Under the pieces are notes generated by a model. That model had not been told where the DNA came from. It made no database searches and was given only the letters and a program-made list of their open reading frames with translations. From Yuukianura sp. NJ FZ-2021 (lineage: Eukaryota): a DNA stretch of 64,000 bases. Location: positions 6,758,001 through 6,822,000 of the forward strand of contig CM102286.1 of NCBI GenBank assembly GCA_046563655.1. The letters run 5' to 3'. Each line of letters starts with the position of its first letter. Positions within the stretch are counted from its first letter, which is position 1. The position numbers were made by a program, and so were the translations under genes. This document shows positions 40,164 to 53,480 of this stretch, piece by piece.

Positions 40164-43100
40164 ATGCAAAGTCTAGACGCAACTACCCGTCCACCATCCT
40201 TCTCCGCAATGTTGTCAGCAGGAAGTGATCCTTGCTTCGGAGGAGATCACGGAGGACATCACGACTTCTCAACACTCAACGGATCTTCGGCCGGGTCAAA
40301 TCCAAATGGACAGACCGAATTCGGACATCTTATGAACAGCACCCAGCAACACCATCATCACCATCACCACTCCCATCATCCAGAAACAAATAATAACAAC
40401 ACAAATGCAGCCAATCACAACAGCAATCCGTCCAAACCGAAGAAAGTACCACCGCCTAATGGGAAGAAGACCAAGGGCCGGGTCAAGATCAAGATGGAGT
40501 TTATTGATAACAAGCTGAGGCGCTACACTACATTTTCTAAACGCAAGACTGGCATCATGAAAAAGGTAAGATTAAGCTGATTCTCTATGTAATGAAAAAT
40601 TTACTTTTTAGTTGAGGTTTTTAAATTTCAAGCTTTCCGGGTTGTGAAAAAATTATGGCATGCTTGGTCGGTGAATCACTTTAGCATAGGTTTAGAAATT
40701 GAACATTAACTTGCTTTGTTTCAAAACGTTGTCAGGATCAGTTCATCAGATCAGCATTAAATCAGCATGAAAATCTTTCGATAATTTTGCCATCCCATTT
40801 AAAATATGATTTTTTGAATTGACCCGGGAAATCTCTCTTCAAAATTAGTACTAGAAATATAAAAAATTAGTTCACTGATCAGACTCGAGTTAAGAATAAT
40901 TCCATAACTCCATTATGCAGTTATGTGTGTTTTTATTTAAAAAAAAAGTGATATGCTGTCTGCGGAATGACAGTGTAGCGACATAATATTTGTAGTGAGG
41001 ATTAGAATTAGAAAGCATGCGCTTATTCGAGAGAAATTACGAGGAGTACCGGAGTATTTTAACTAGGGTTGCCCCGATACATCGGTTGGCCGATACATAT
41101 AGGCCTATTCTTGGCCTGTTTTTTAGAATAGGTGGATCGGCCGAAAAATGTTTTGGCCAGTTAAACTGGCCAGTTTTTACCTATTCTTTTTACTCAGAAA
41201 TTTATAAAAAATTTCACGAATTTCATCGAAAAATACTGAACTAACAAATTATAAACAAGATTTAGCTAACCTAGGATGCTGTTTTCGGTATTTTATGTGA
41301 ATAATTAGTCAAAAGAAAGTAGTTAAAACGGTATAAAAGGTTAACTAATTCAAATTACACAAGTGAGCACTTAATTCCCAATTTAAAAAAACATCACAGA
41401 ACGACGCCGAGTCATCTGTGGGTATTGCTGTGTAGGAAAAAAAACCGGCCGATGTATCGGCCGATGTATAGGTTTGCCTGTTCTTGGATTTGGAAAAAAA
41501 TAGGTGTATCGGGTATCGGCCAAACCAAGAATCGGGGCATCCCTAATTTTAACAGTGAATCTCTCTACTGATTCAATGTAAATTCAGTAAGATTTTTAGT
41601 CCTAGTGCTAGTGCTACTGCTACCGACTACGCTGAAACATTCGAGTGCAACACCAGAGGGAGCTTAAAACTGACTGTGAATCTAGAGCTCCATTTTAATT
41701 GCACCCGCTGGAAGTATTTAACAAGTTAGTTATATGACTTGATTTTACAAAATCAAAATTCTATCAATTTCTTTCATCGTTCGGCATTAACCATAACAAC
41801 ATTGTTTAAGCTTGGTCTTTGGAGCGCTGCAGATTTAGACTTGACACCGAAACAACTCACAGCATCATACTTTACTAACTAAAACTACCTGAAGTATCCT
41901 TTTAGTATTTGAATTTGATTGAAAACACACAAAAATGGGAAACCCACCTAGGAATCTTTTTCTTAAAAAATTCCTATTCCACACTTTTCTTAAATTTTAA
42001 ATTAAATGTTGTTGGTACATATTTCCCAAATATTAAATACTAGTGTTTAATTTTGAGTCCTCAAGTTTCACTTTCACCTGTCATCCAGGCAAGAACTATT
42101 TCATTTCCAGTGGATGTAAATGATTTGTGACAAGGATTGAATTCGCGAGTAGTACAGTAGTGGTGAGCGTGACCCAGAAGTTAATCTCTGTTAAGAATCG
42201 GCTCCAGCTAATCTCTTGCGTCTCTGCTGGAGGAATTCAAGTTAAATTGATTTCTGTCTTAGACATTTCCTTCTACTTGTTCTAAAACAAAAAACAACAC
42301 ATAAACCTGTAACAAAATTGTTTGAAAATATTTTTCAACCTGAGAAAAAAAGATTTTTTCTGATATGAGACTACTACAACCGAATGTAGCATTTGGGGAA
42401 AAAAAATCTAAACTTAGTTTTGTCCGAAAAATCAAAGATTCGACGAAGAACCACAAATTTTCTAAAAGCCAAGCCGAACCTTCAATCTCGCAAACAATTC
42501 TCTCCAAATACTCCACACGGAAAAAAAATTGTTTTAGCATAGCACATTTTATAATGCTGCATCGTTTTACTAAAAAAAAATTAAACTTTAACACAAACGC
42601 GTTTGGGTGAAAAATTTCTTTTCTTTTCTTTTTTGACTGGAAGAGGGAAGTCTTTGGATGAAAGAAAAATTTTTATATTTAGTCTATACCCCATTCTTTG
42701 TTTTATTGTAATAAAATGTGGATTGTGGAAGCAGTCGGAATTTAAAAGAAATTCAAGTTACACTGCAAAAGGAGTGTCTAGCTGGACACGCAATTTGGCG
42801 ATTTTAAAACTCGAATGTCTTTTTGGATATTTGAAAAAGTGAGCAGAAAAAAGACGTATATAGATGAAGAATATACATCTCACCTATTTATAACAAATTA
42901 CAATTACACATATTGAAAAATATTTTCTCGGGAAACTTTTTTTATGGATTGATTTACTCGATACTCCGAGATTTCATACATCCTCTTCTCCATTTTTATT
43001 TTTAAGATTTTCGGCTAACATAAAACTTTGGTCACTTTTTCTAATATGCGCCACAAATGAATGAATACTGCCATCGTAGCAAAGCACTAATTTTTGAGTT

Positions 43101-45669
43101 TGGGTGAAAATAAACCATTTCATTTCATTTGCCCAATATCTGACGTTACCGCAGTAGTCGAACTGTTTTAGAAAGATTGTTTCCAATCTCACTTCCGTGT
43201 TCCCGAGATTACGCAATCCTTGGATAAAGTCAACTTTAATTCTGAATTGACGAAGGTTGAGGATTCCCAGCATCACCCCAGCCACCTTCGCAGGAAATAC
43301 AATGATTGTAACATTGTAACAAAGTGTACCGTGGTCGTGTGTATTCCGTGCCAAGAACTCAAGTAAAAGTTGCCTATGTATGTGTAATGTTTTCGCTTTC
43401 AGGCACGCAGTGAGTCCGTCTCTTCTTTTTCCATTGTGATTTGATGTTGGGACATGTAATTGCTTGGTGAGAGGGAGCAGGGGCGCCACGCTCACCATGT
43501 GTTTCTTCCAAGGGCTCTACAGGTCAAAGGTCATTTCCCACATCAATTCTGACACGGTTTTTGCAATCTGCATTGCGGAAATAGGTTATGGTACAGTTTC
43601 CTCAAACTTTGGTTTATGGATTCTACAAGGAAATTGACATTGTTGTACCATACGTGTACATAAATGGAATCAGGACTCATTATTATCTCACCCATGCATC
43701 ATAAGCAATAGCTGAAAAAAACATCTCACACATTTGAGCAAACGGAGATTAAGATCTGTGTTGCAATTCAACAATGCATAAATATCTTAGGATTTCACGT
43801 ATACAATTTATACTAATGCCAACTCAGGATCTTGGAGACCTCAAAATTTCTTCGGTTTGTGTCATACAAGTACCGAAGAAAACTTTATTTCGAAAAAAGT
43901 GCAGAAGAAAGTAGAAAATTTGGTTGAATGGTGTTGCTGACGACGGAATGTCCTTCCGATTTCGTTGACATTGGGCGTGTGTCATGGCATTCTTAGAATT
44001 CGAAAAATACCCACTTTCTCGACGATTGACCACCAATTCTTTCCTGGCGGAAGTAACCTAATCTCAACCACTGCCGTCAACATTCTCATTCCAGCAGTAA
44101 CATAAAAAATCAGTTTTATGTGGGCAGAGTCAATAGTCATATCGCATGACAACCATAGAAAGTGGAGGGAGAAATGAATACCTGTCGTGTATGTCACTTT
44201 CACTTCTCCATCTTTCTTCCGCCTCACTTCAATCATACAGGTGACGATAACAGCTTATTACATTCCATGAGATGACAGTACCGGAAATTAAACATCCACA
44301 ACACACAGCAATTGCAGCAACATTGACGACATTGTGTCGACTTCTGTAAACTGGGATTTTAAATGTCATCCCGCCGGATTGTTCCCGCCTTGCAAACCTT
44401 TTGTTGTTTTTTGTGCACTGTTTATGCTTAAGTGGGTCCGTTTACAAGTTTACACCGCATACCGTAACGCTTTTGTTTGGAATTCGTTTATGGAGTTTTT
44501 TAGCCTTCCTTTATCTATATTTGGATTGATACCTAATACGTCCTTAGTTTATGGAGGGATTTGACCATATTTCTATTCTATGCCATGACCTTTCCGAATA
44601 ATTCTGTCATCTTCACAACAGCGATCAACGGGACTTTGATCTTTATGGTTTAAAGAGATTGAGATTACTTAATCTCGGATAGTAAATCAAAACAAACCTA
44701 CAAAAAACTAATTTGTCTGTGTAGTAGCTACTGTTTTGTTATTATGGTTCCTGTTTTAGAAGAAAATTTATTTTTGAGTACTTCAGAGTAACATGAAACA
44801 CACGAAAACACAAGGCAAATTGTATTGGAATTTTGAATTTTTTTGTGATCCGACAATGGGTGTTGAAATTTAGTTTTGAAGAAATCTTACATTTCAAGGG
44901 AGGTTGGACTATGAAATCTCTCAAGGAGGAGTTTTATTGTAAGATCAAAGAATTTAGTACATCAGTTAACGCCTACACAAACTGCACGCTAGTTAATACG
45001 ACCATCCCATTTTTTTTCTTGCTATGAATTTAATGTTTAGTAAACTACAGGTGAGGATAGCGTGTGTGGGTGAAAGTGGAAATTTTAATTCTGAGCATTG
45101 TTCTTCTTTGATTACCTTGACGTTTTACTTTGCAGGCCTATGAATTGTCCACTTTGACGGGAACTCAAGTGATGCTGCTCGTGGCATCTGAAACTGGGCA
45201 TGTCTACACGTTTGCCACGCGCAAACTCCAGCCGATGATTACTTCCGAGGCCGGGAAAGCCCTCATTCAAACATGCCTCAACTCACCGGATCCTCCGAAT
45301 TCAGGAGATGCTCAACGGATGTCAGCCACTGGTTACGAAGAGACGGAACTGACCTATGCTGCTGACCCCAATGGCTCTGATCATGGTGACACAAAAGTAA
45401 GACTTACCTCTTCCCCATATTCCAATGCACAATCACAGTCCCTTGCCCCACTTCATCATTCCCACTCAGCATCCATGTACGGATCACCGTTAAATAATAG
45501 TTATCACTCGAGTCCTGGTGTCATAAGTTCAGGCGGCATGATATTCCCGCACAGCCCGTCACCCAATGGAATGCTCTACCACTACGCCTCGGATCCGCAA
45601 CCTCCGCAATGCTATCCCAGTGGACTTCATTCCCCCACACCCCCGCATTTGACACACCTCACCCGGTGA
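40164..45669 (+). CDS. SRF: Serum response factor (blistered), short isoform
   Basis: Exons 40164-40565 and 45136-45669. SRF-type MADS box GKKTKGRVKIKMEFIDNKLRRYTTFSKRKTGIMKK|AYELSTLTGTQVMLLVASETGHVYTFATRKLQPMITSEAGKALIQTCLNSPD. Confidence 0.96.
41064..41545. mobile_element. hAT-type MITE (482 bp) in SRF intron 1
   Basis: 15-bp TIRs TAGGGTTGCCCCGAT / ATCGGGGCATCCCTA (1 mismatch); perfect 8-bp TSD ATTTTAAC at 41056-41063 and 41546-41553; subterminal CCGATACA/TGTATCGG motifs. Confidence 0.9.
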
Positions 45670-47160
45670 AATATCGGTGATTTGGGCGGGTCAAGCATGA
45701 GGAGTCCAATTTCGAATATCAAATGACTAATATTTAATGGACTCCCTTGAACAGCTTTAATTTACGTAATTATTTTAATGTTACGACTTTTCATTCCCAG
45801 CTCCGTCCAGAATTGCGCTTCGCAATTTTCGAAGTACCCGAACGAACAGCCTTAAGAATTGTCCAATAGAGATAGAGAACTGATAAATGTTGATCTTTTT
45901 TAATGGCATCACTGCATTGGTTGCAGTATTTTTGCAGCACATATTTTGATCGCAGCATTTTAATATTTTTCATTCCTGAAAAACTTTCTCTTGGAGAAAG
46001 TTAAGAATAGCAGGATGAATAGGAAACACAAAAAAAAAAGTAATTTTACGGCCCGAACAGTATTTTAAAATTTGGGCCAATGGCTAGCTTAGATTGAATT
46101 ACTTTTTTGAATATAGTTACGTTGACATACGAAAGTAGAAGAGCTTAAAATTAATCCTATTATTTCTAATTTGAGTTTTCAAGAACACAAAACATTGCGC
46201 AATGGGTTTGGTTGAATTCTAATAAGCTGAATGAAGTAGTCCCATCATTCAACAAGATTATAAAAAGTAGAAGATCTCGTTCTGCGCCCACACAAGTCCA
46301 GTAGGTTTTTAGCATTATTTGCTGTCCCACCTTTGAGTAACTCTTTTTTATATGTGGTAAAATGCAATAATTCCCACCTATTCCCGCATTTAACTAACCC
46401 TCTTACTTTTTTCGGGTAACTGCATCCGATTTGCTGGAGAAGTTTCGTTTTTGCTTTATTCTAACGCCTTTGGTTTTCGAATTTAGCTGATTTTTACGTA
46501 TAATATACCTAATGTCTGTCTGAATTGTTTCGAAATTTAATACAAAACTAGCTACGCCTAAACGCCTTCTGGGCAACATTTTTTTTTCAAGATTTGGTTT
46601 TTAGTCATATCGACGAGAGTGTGGGTTGACGTGACAAGTGATGTTTTCTGTTTTTGAAGCAACACCTTTGTTTTTTAGTATTCTCGGCCTTAATTCATAA
46701 TTAATGATGTTGTATAGTACTGCTGGTCCTTGTTTCATTAACTTCTTCCAAATTTTGCTGGCTTTAAGTACACTAACTAGAAATGACGTCTTTTCCGCGA
46801 GTTATCGTTGCATTATCTTTAAAAGTGGGGCTGGTAGGCGTCAGAGTTAGAATTTCCTGAAGATTCATAAAATGCCAAAATAATTTCTGCTCAGAGTCGT
46901 AATATCGACTCAACATTCATGTTCTACCTTGTGTGCTAAAAGAACTTGGTCTTCAAATTTAGGTAGTAAATTTAAACTTTTGTGTAAGTTTATACATTTT
47001 TGATGATTTTAGTGAAGTTAGTTGTTGTATTCTTCCGGGATACGGTTAACAATGAAAGCTTTAATATGCTAGTTGGAGTCTTGTTACTGTTTGATTCCTT
47101 GATTCTGCCTCGCAATTCACAGATAAGTTTCATCATGTAGGATGAAAGTAATCTTGGTAA

Positions 47161-47193
47161 TTAATAATAATAATAATAATAATAATAACAATA
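47161..47193. repeat. (TAA)n microsatellite
   Basis: ttaataataataataataataataataacaata. Confidence 0.9.
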
Positions 47194-50100
47194 AGTATTT
47201 ACTTCATGTTTTTAAGCTAACTTGTAAGTTTTCTGTGTCCAAATGCTGAACTTACTGTACTTCTACATTTGTTCATTAAGGTACTAAAACCTCGCCTAGA
47301 CTGTGATATACTTTGTATCCGTTAATACTGTTTAAAATCACTACTAAACCAAACCAACATTTAATCCACCGATGTTCTTTTGAAAGAATACGTAAAATTT
47401 GTATTATACTAAATTTAAAATTATCATTAGTTAGGAAGTTGTAAGTTTAAGTTTTTTCTTTTAATTAGTCACTTTCACCTGGGTTTCTGGTGTGTGTTGC
47501 TGTTTAGTAAAAAATGTTTGATATGCCAGGAGTTGTAAAAGATGTGCTTGTACATGAATCGAGAGAAATTCGAGATGTAGAAAAGCAATTGCAAGTTTTC
47601 CACTCAGGAAAAACGGAGTGACGAAAGCAGAGCCATGGATCAGAATGTAGACAGGAGAAAGGGATTTCACTTTCTTCTGTTCATTTTGTTTTGGATTATT
47701 AACTTAACTGAGCAATTTCAAGATAGGAACATCTCCAGCTTAATGAAAAAATTAAAATAAATGGATTTTGTTATGGTAGCTAATCTATGCATACATTGGA
47801 CGACGAACGTCAAACGACTTAAGTTAAAGAAATTGCTAGAATTTTGAATAATTTTGTTGTATCAGTACTAGTGAAAGGCGTTTTTTTTTGCTGTCTTACT
47901 TACGTTTGAGAAAGAAAGTTCTTTTGTGACTTTGCATTTCCAAACAGCAGCCTCTGTTCCTTGGAGATACTTGCAACGTTTAAGTGATTGATGACATAAA
48001 CTAGTGCAAAACCCCATCATTTGTTACTCAATCCTGTCCCGCATTAGAGTAGTTTTTTTTAGAAACTAGAAACTTTCTTCGTTGATTTACATAATAAAAT
48101 TGACATCCGCTTTTTAATTTAATTTTTAAGCTGGACGTATCGAAAATTCCTTACACGCTGCAAAATTATCGTACATTTACCGTAATGTAACATGTATATT
48201 TTTCTTTTGTTTTTTCTTATGGAGAAGCATACGATATGGCTTGTAGTGCTGGCTTGTAGTTGCGGTATATTTAAAGAGCGATGTTTGAAACGACAATATT
48301 TTTGTCCTTGTTAATATCTTTTTGATATTTTTTCAGATTTTTAGTTTCAGTATATAACCCTTGTATTTTTTTTGTGTTGGTACTTATTGTTAGTCTCGGA
48401 GTTAGTGTTGGTTTATTAGTTTAATTTTTTTTCTTTTATTCAAAATTGTTACTAAAGCGGGACTAACTAGAACTAGCCGTGAATTATTACAAAAAACCGT
48501 TTGAAACATTTATGTACTACGAAGTTTTAACGGAGGATAATACTTCCCGTGTAATGTTGTTACCTGTATCGCCTAATCACGGCGTATGGCAGCTAAGCCG
48601 ATTAATTTGGCTTGTCTCAAAATTTGCAGGTAACATTGTTTCAAGCTTTGGGTGTGGGATTGGGCTTTTGTCTACTGATTCATTAAATCTTTGTTTAGTC
48701 ATTTAGCGTAGCTTAAAGGCTGGAAAACATCGGATTTAGGTTACATTGAATGTTACTTTATAGGATTTAAATATAACTTGTAATATTTCGATGCTGTGGA
48801 TTTTCTGGCAAGTGGTGATAACATTAGTTCTACTTTACATTTTTCGGAGTGGAACCTTCTCGCAATTTCGCCACTTTTTTTTAGAAATGGAAATACTATG
48901 TAACAATGGAAAGCAAATTGAATATTTATGAAGAGACGAAGGGGATGTGACGCTGGTCTTATGGCGTTTGAGTGTTAATTGAGATTGATGTAGACAGGAA
49001 CATCCCCTTGTCCATTGACTTTGCGTTCCCAGAGCCCGTTCATCTCACTGGCAGATTTATGTGGGATGCAACGGAGAGTTCTCATGCCCGGCTTTTGTTT
49101 TCCTTCCGCTTCTTGGCACAAGCACTCCGCTTTCGGCCCGCTTTCAGTTCCATGTCCAACGCTCATAAGTACGGACATGACCAATAAAAGCCTTTAATGA
49201 TTTTCCGTTCCAGTTTGTACAGTTCCAGCCCACTCCCGGCTCTCTGACCTGTAAAGTGAAAGCGGGCGTGAGCGGCAGATTGTCACTTTTCACATAAATA
49301 TATTGCGTCTCTTATCTAATTTCCGGTGGTTTCTACTTACGACATTCCTATGCCACTCCTCATGCTTGTGTCATACTTGTCCTAGGCAGGCTTTTGCAGG
49401 GCTTACGCAGACTTCTTCTTTTCTTCTTCCCACCGACTTTTATTTCGTCAACGTCGCGACATTTTCAGATCTAATCCATTTTCTTTACCGTACGCTCGCT
49501 TCACACGAGTTTTCCCAATCTCCAGGGATTTTCTCTTGACAGTCATTCCAACTAAAGTAACAAAAGAATTCCAATATGAATTTCTCTATTTTGCTTTTTA
49601 TATATATTTTTATAGTATGTAACCGTGTACACTGTACACGGTGCCTTTGTTTTAGTTTTTTTTTGGTAACTTGTCTGTTTGTTACCGTACTTCTAACTGT
49701 GTGTAATTTTTTCCATTGCCAGTAATACTTAAGTACACCTAATTCTATTGTAATGTCTAACCTAATGCTTCGTATATTGGATTTTAGGTGGAATTGTTAC
49801 TTATAGTTAAGCTAAAAATTAATTTGTAATTTTTGAGTCACTCATTGTGATTAGAATAGTTTAGAAAAAAATAGTTTCAGAGGCTAAAAGAATTATCGTA
49901 AAAATGTCAATGTCTGTATAAATTTTATATGTAGGCAGATTGTTAGAAATAATTTGTACGTCCACAGATATTCAAACTGTAAAGTTTAGAACAAACTTTT
50001 TTAAAAGGATTTTTGTATTTGTTTCTTCAAGAGTGCTTACTGTTAGTTTTAATCCAATTAGCGTAGAGTAAAAGCATGCAATGCAACATTAATTAGGAGC

Positions 50101-51451
50101 ATAAGAACGTACTTGAACAGGGCCTGGGTACTTACATACGGCAGTAATTAGAATATTGGTTTGTTTACCGTAAAAATGTGTGATTGAGAGAGAGGCCCTT
50201 GACGTCATTGTGTGGTAGAAGCTAAGAGGTTCTGGATCCAGATGAGTGAATTCGAAAGTGGGAAGAGGTTTGGAGGAGAAAGCGGTGTCCTTTCTCCTGT
50301 AGTCACCGTATGTCAGGGTCCTCCAGAGACACAGTTCAGTTGAAACGCTGAGAAAGGAATGACTTCAAAGCACTCGTCGTCTCTTAGAGACTCCCTTTGA
50401 TTTCCCTTGGCAATTGAAGCAGTCTAAGGTTAGATCTAACCAAGCCACCTTACCTCACCAGCACATCATCTTCTTAAGCACCTAACATTTGTCTGTGAAC
50501 TAGGATTCATCACTTCAACAAAGGTTTCCTTTGGGGGCCAGGAGCCATTCTTACTCTGTCCTCAGATGCTCATTCATGGGGAAACTCTCCGATATACAAC
50601 CTCCTCCGGTCTGTCACAATCATAACAAGTCCACACATGTCACAAAAACCGACTCCTGTGACCTCAGCGGTCACATTTTAAGGGCCCATTTATGCTTAAG
50701 TTGTGCCTTTAGCAGATTAGAATTCGGATTCACCGAAAAATTTAAGCGGGAAACATTCCTGGTTGCGTATCTTAGGCGGGAAAGGCACAGATGGACGAAG
50801 AAGGCGGGGGAGGTCAAGGAACGACTAATAGGAAGGGATTTTAAACGTGTGGGGAGGGGGATAAATACATGCAAATACAACGCAATCGCAATAGAATTGA
50901 TGACTGTGTTCAGCATCATCGCGCCGTCGCCACAGTCCCACTCACTTAGCGTTTAAACTTAACGCCTTGGTCAGCGTTATGTGACAGTGCTAATTACAGT
51001 TTTTGTTTTTGCAATAATAAATGATGATTTCCTCACTAATTCATCACGCCTCACTAATTTCACATTAGCCCAAATAATGAAGTATTGTGTGATTTTAGAA
51101 TAATTTAATTTAAGGTGAAATTCACACATCCAAAATACTTGGATGCAAAAACCAATAACTTTACATGTAATTGTACACTAGATTTGTTTACGCCGTTCAA
51201 AAACTGTATTCGACCTACTTAAACGATTTATTAGTTGTGACTTGCACCAAACTTGTCGAAGATGAAGCTACTAATTTAAACTAAACAGTTGAATGCTGCT
51301 GATTGACATAAGTTAGGGCATATGTAAACCTAATAGTACTTATAGTATAGTAAGTTTGTATTTTTATTTTGAAGTTACTTTTGGAAAACTAATGAACACA
51401 AATTTTTCGAGGGCATATTAGATTGATTGATAAATCTCAGTACACATTATA

Positions 51452-51568
51452 CAGGGTGGCCCGGTAAAGTCCTTACCCTCTTTCTTTTCCTCTCAGTCTT
51501 CTCATAAGAAACTCATGTGAGAGTTTCTCTTTCTTTCACTTGGGTAAGGACTTTACGGGGCCACCCTG
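51452..51568. mobile_element. Tc1/mariner-type MITE (117 bp)
   Basis: 27-bp TIRs CAGGGTGGCCCGGTAAAGTCCTTACCC (1 mismatch), flanked by a TA duplication at 51450-51451 and 51569-51570. Confidence 0.88.
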
Positions 51569-51838
51569 TATAAAATTCCCGAATGTACACAATCCATTTG
51601 ACATGGTGAACTTTTGTTGAAATTTTGCTGGATCAAGGATAAACACAGAATGCATCCGTACAAAATTCTTTTGTTCACAAATCAGAATACATGTTTTTTT
51701 AAAAGCTACGCTGCCATTTATTGTTCCAGGAATCCAGAATGTTTTAGACGTAGATTTCTCATTCCCCGATAATTGAAGTAAATTATGTCAATGATTTCCC
51801 GGGATTTTCATTCATTTCATTCTTTTTTTATTTGAAAG

Positions 51839-53480
51839 GACTGCGAAAGTGAAAGTGGGAGTTCAGATGGAGATGAACCGAGAGATGCCCCACCACCGTT
51901 GTTACCACTTACGGCAAATGGACTCATCCCACCTAGTTTTGCCGCCCTCTTCGCCTCAGCCTCAAGTAACTTAATTGATTTTCAGCCTCTCTCACTATAT
52001 TTCAATTCCTATCGTATTTAGTTTCTCCTAATATTCTGGAACTGCTGAATCCGCTAGTAAACTCCAGGCGCCGTTGGTCCACTTTTCGCCTTTTGCTGTT
52101 TATTAACTTTTGCGATTTAAGGATTCGGGAAAGCTCTCCCGGCTTTCCTCTTCTCTCTTCCGCAATTAAGTTTGTTTACTCTCTCAAAAAACGCTTTGAA
52201 GGCGGCAAGAGAACTGGCATCCAGGTTTATTAGAAGAGAAAGTTCGTAGCAGGTCATAGCCGCCAAACCAAAAGCGGCCAATCCCATAGCAGCCAATCAA
52301 TTGCGGCCAAATTCTAAAGCCGCCAATTCCTTAGCGGCCAATCCTAAAGGGGCCAATTTCTAAAGCGGCCAATTCCTAAAGCCGCCAATTCCATAGCGGC
52401 CAATCCTAAAGCAGCCAACGTCAATAGCCGCCAATGATTAAAGCCGACAAAACTAAAAACTAGTTTTAATTTAATCAGGCTAGGTTATTTAGGTTGTATT
52501 ATGCTTGATTAACCAAGGTTAGGTTTGGTTAGGTCACGTTAACGTGAATTACACGTAGGATGATTACCTTAAGTTATAATCACCAGTTTCTAATGTTGTC
52601 GGCTTTAATCATTGGCGGCTATTGACGTTGGCCGCTTTAGGATTGGCCGCTATGTAATTGGCGGCTTTAGGAATTGGCCGCTTTAGAAATTGGCCGCTTT
52701 AGGATTGGCCGCTATGGAATTGACGGCTTTAGAATTTGGCCGCTATTGATTGGCTGCTATGGGATTGGCCGCTTTTGGATTGGCGGCTATGACCTGGAAC
52801 CGAGAAAGTTAGCTCATGAATCATGTAATTCATCTCGCAGCTTCTTCACAGCACCCGGCAAAAACATCCCTATCATTTTTCATGCAAAAATTTAGTTCAA
52901 ACTAGAAAACTTTTTTTCTTGTTCGAGAAAAAGCTGTTCGCTTTCTTTTCATTTTTGCTCCATATTAATCCGGAACATTTGAGTTATGAGCCGTATTTGC
53001 AACGCAACTTTGAAAAGTTTTAGCCAACTTTTTTTCCCTCCGTATTTCTTAATGCTGGAGCCACAATTGACATGTAAATTGTCCACTTGACAATCACAAT
53101 AGCTCTTTTCTGCCTTACGCCGTACCGTGAAACATAGACAGCGCTCGGAGCGGTTTAAACTTTTGAAAAAAGGAATGAGAGCGAAGCGGAGTTTAAGTAA
53201 AAAGTTAAAATTGAACTTTGTGGGTCTTTTGTTTTTCACAGCAGCAGGATTTTCTGGAGCGAAAAGCGGAGCCAGCATTGGTTTAGTTCCTTCCTCACAA
53301 GATGGTTCAACTTTAGTATCCGGACTCCAAAGTAATCGATCCGCCGGAACCCACCATCAGCACAGCAGCAGCAGCCGTGAACCCAACAACGCTTCTTCGT
53401 CTACGTCTTCCTCGTCAACCACTGTCGAGTATTACTACATCCTCAGCATCCACCGCACAACTCACCACAGTCTCACCTAA
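51839..53480 (+). CDS. SRF: Alternative 3' exons of SRF (long isoform)
   Basis: A phase-0 donor AAA|GTAAGA at 45396 joins exon 51839-51965 (DCESESGSSDGDEPRDAPPP...), then phase 1 into exon 53242-53480 (TAGFSGAKSG...HHSLT*). All junctions are in frame with polypyrimidine acceptors. Confidence 0.65.
52245..52801. mobile_element. Mutator/foldback-like non-autonomous element (557 bp) with ~200-bp modular TIRs
   Basis: Perfect 9-bp TSD GAGAAAGTT (52236-52244, 52802-52810). Inverted arms (~52250-52450 and ~52595-52796) are built of 15-16-bp units AGC(G/C)GCCAAT...; the AT-rich centre contains TTAGG-like repeats. Confidence 0.88.

Noticed and set aside
42974..43498. 174-aa minus-strand ORF in SRF intron 1
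   Set aside because: No recognisable domain or exon structure; probably a chance ORF. A BLAST search would settle it.
52674..52895. ORF with IGRF/IGRY repeats
   Set aside because: Translation of the 15-16-bp repeat units of the foldback element arm.
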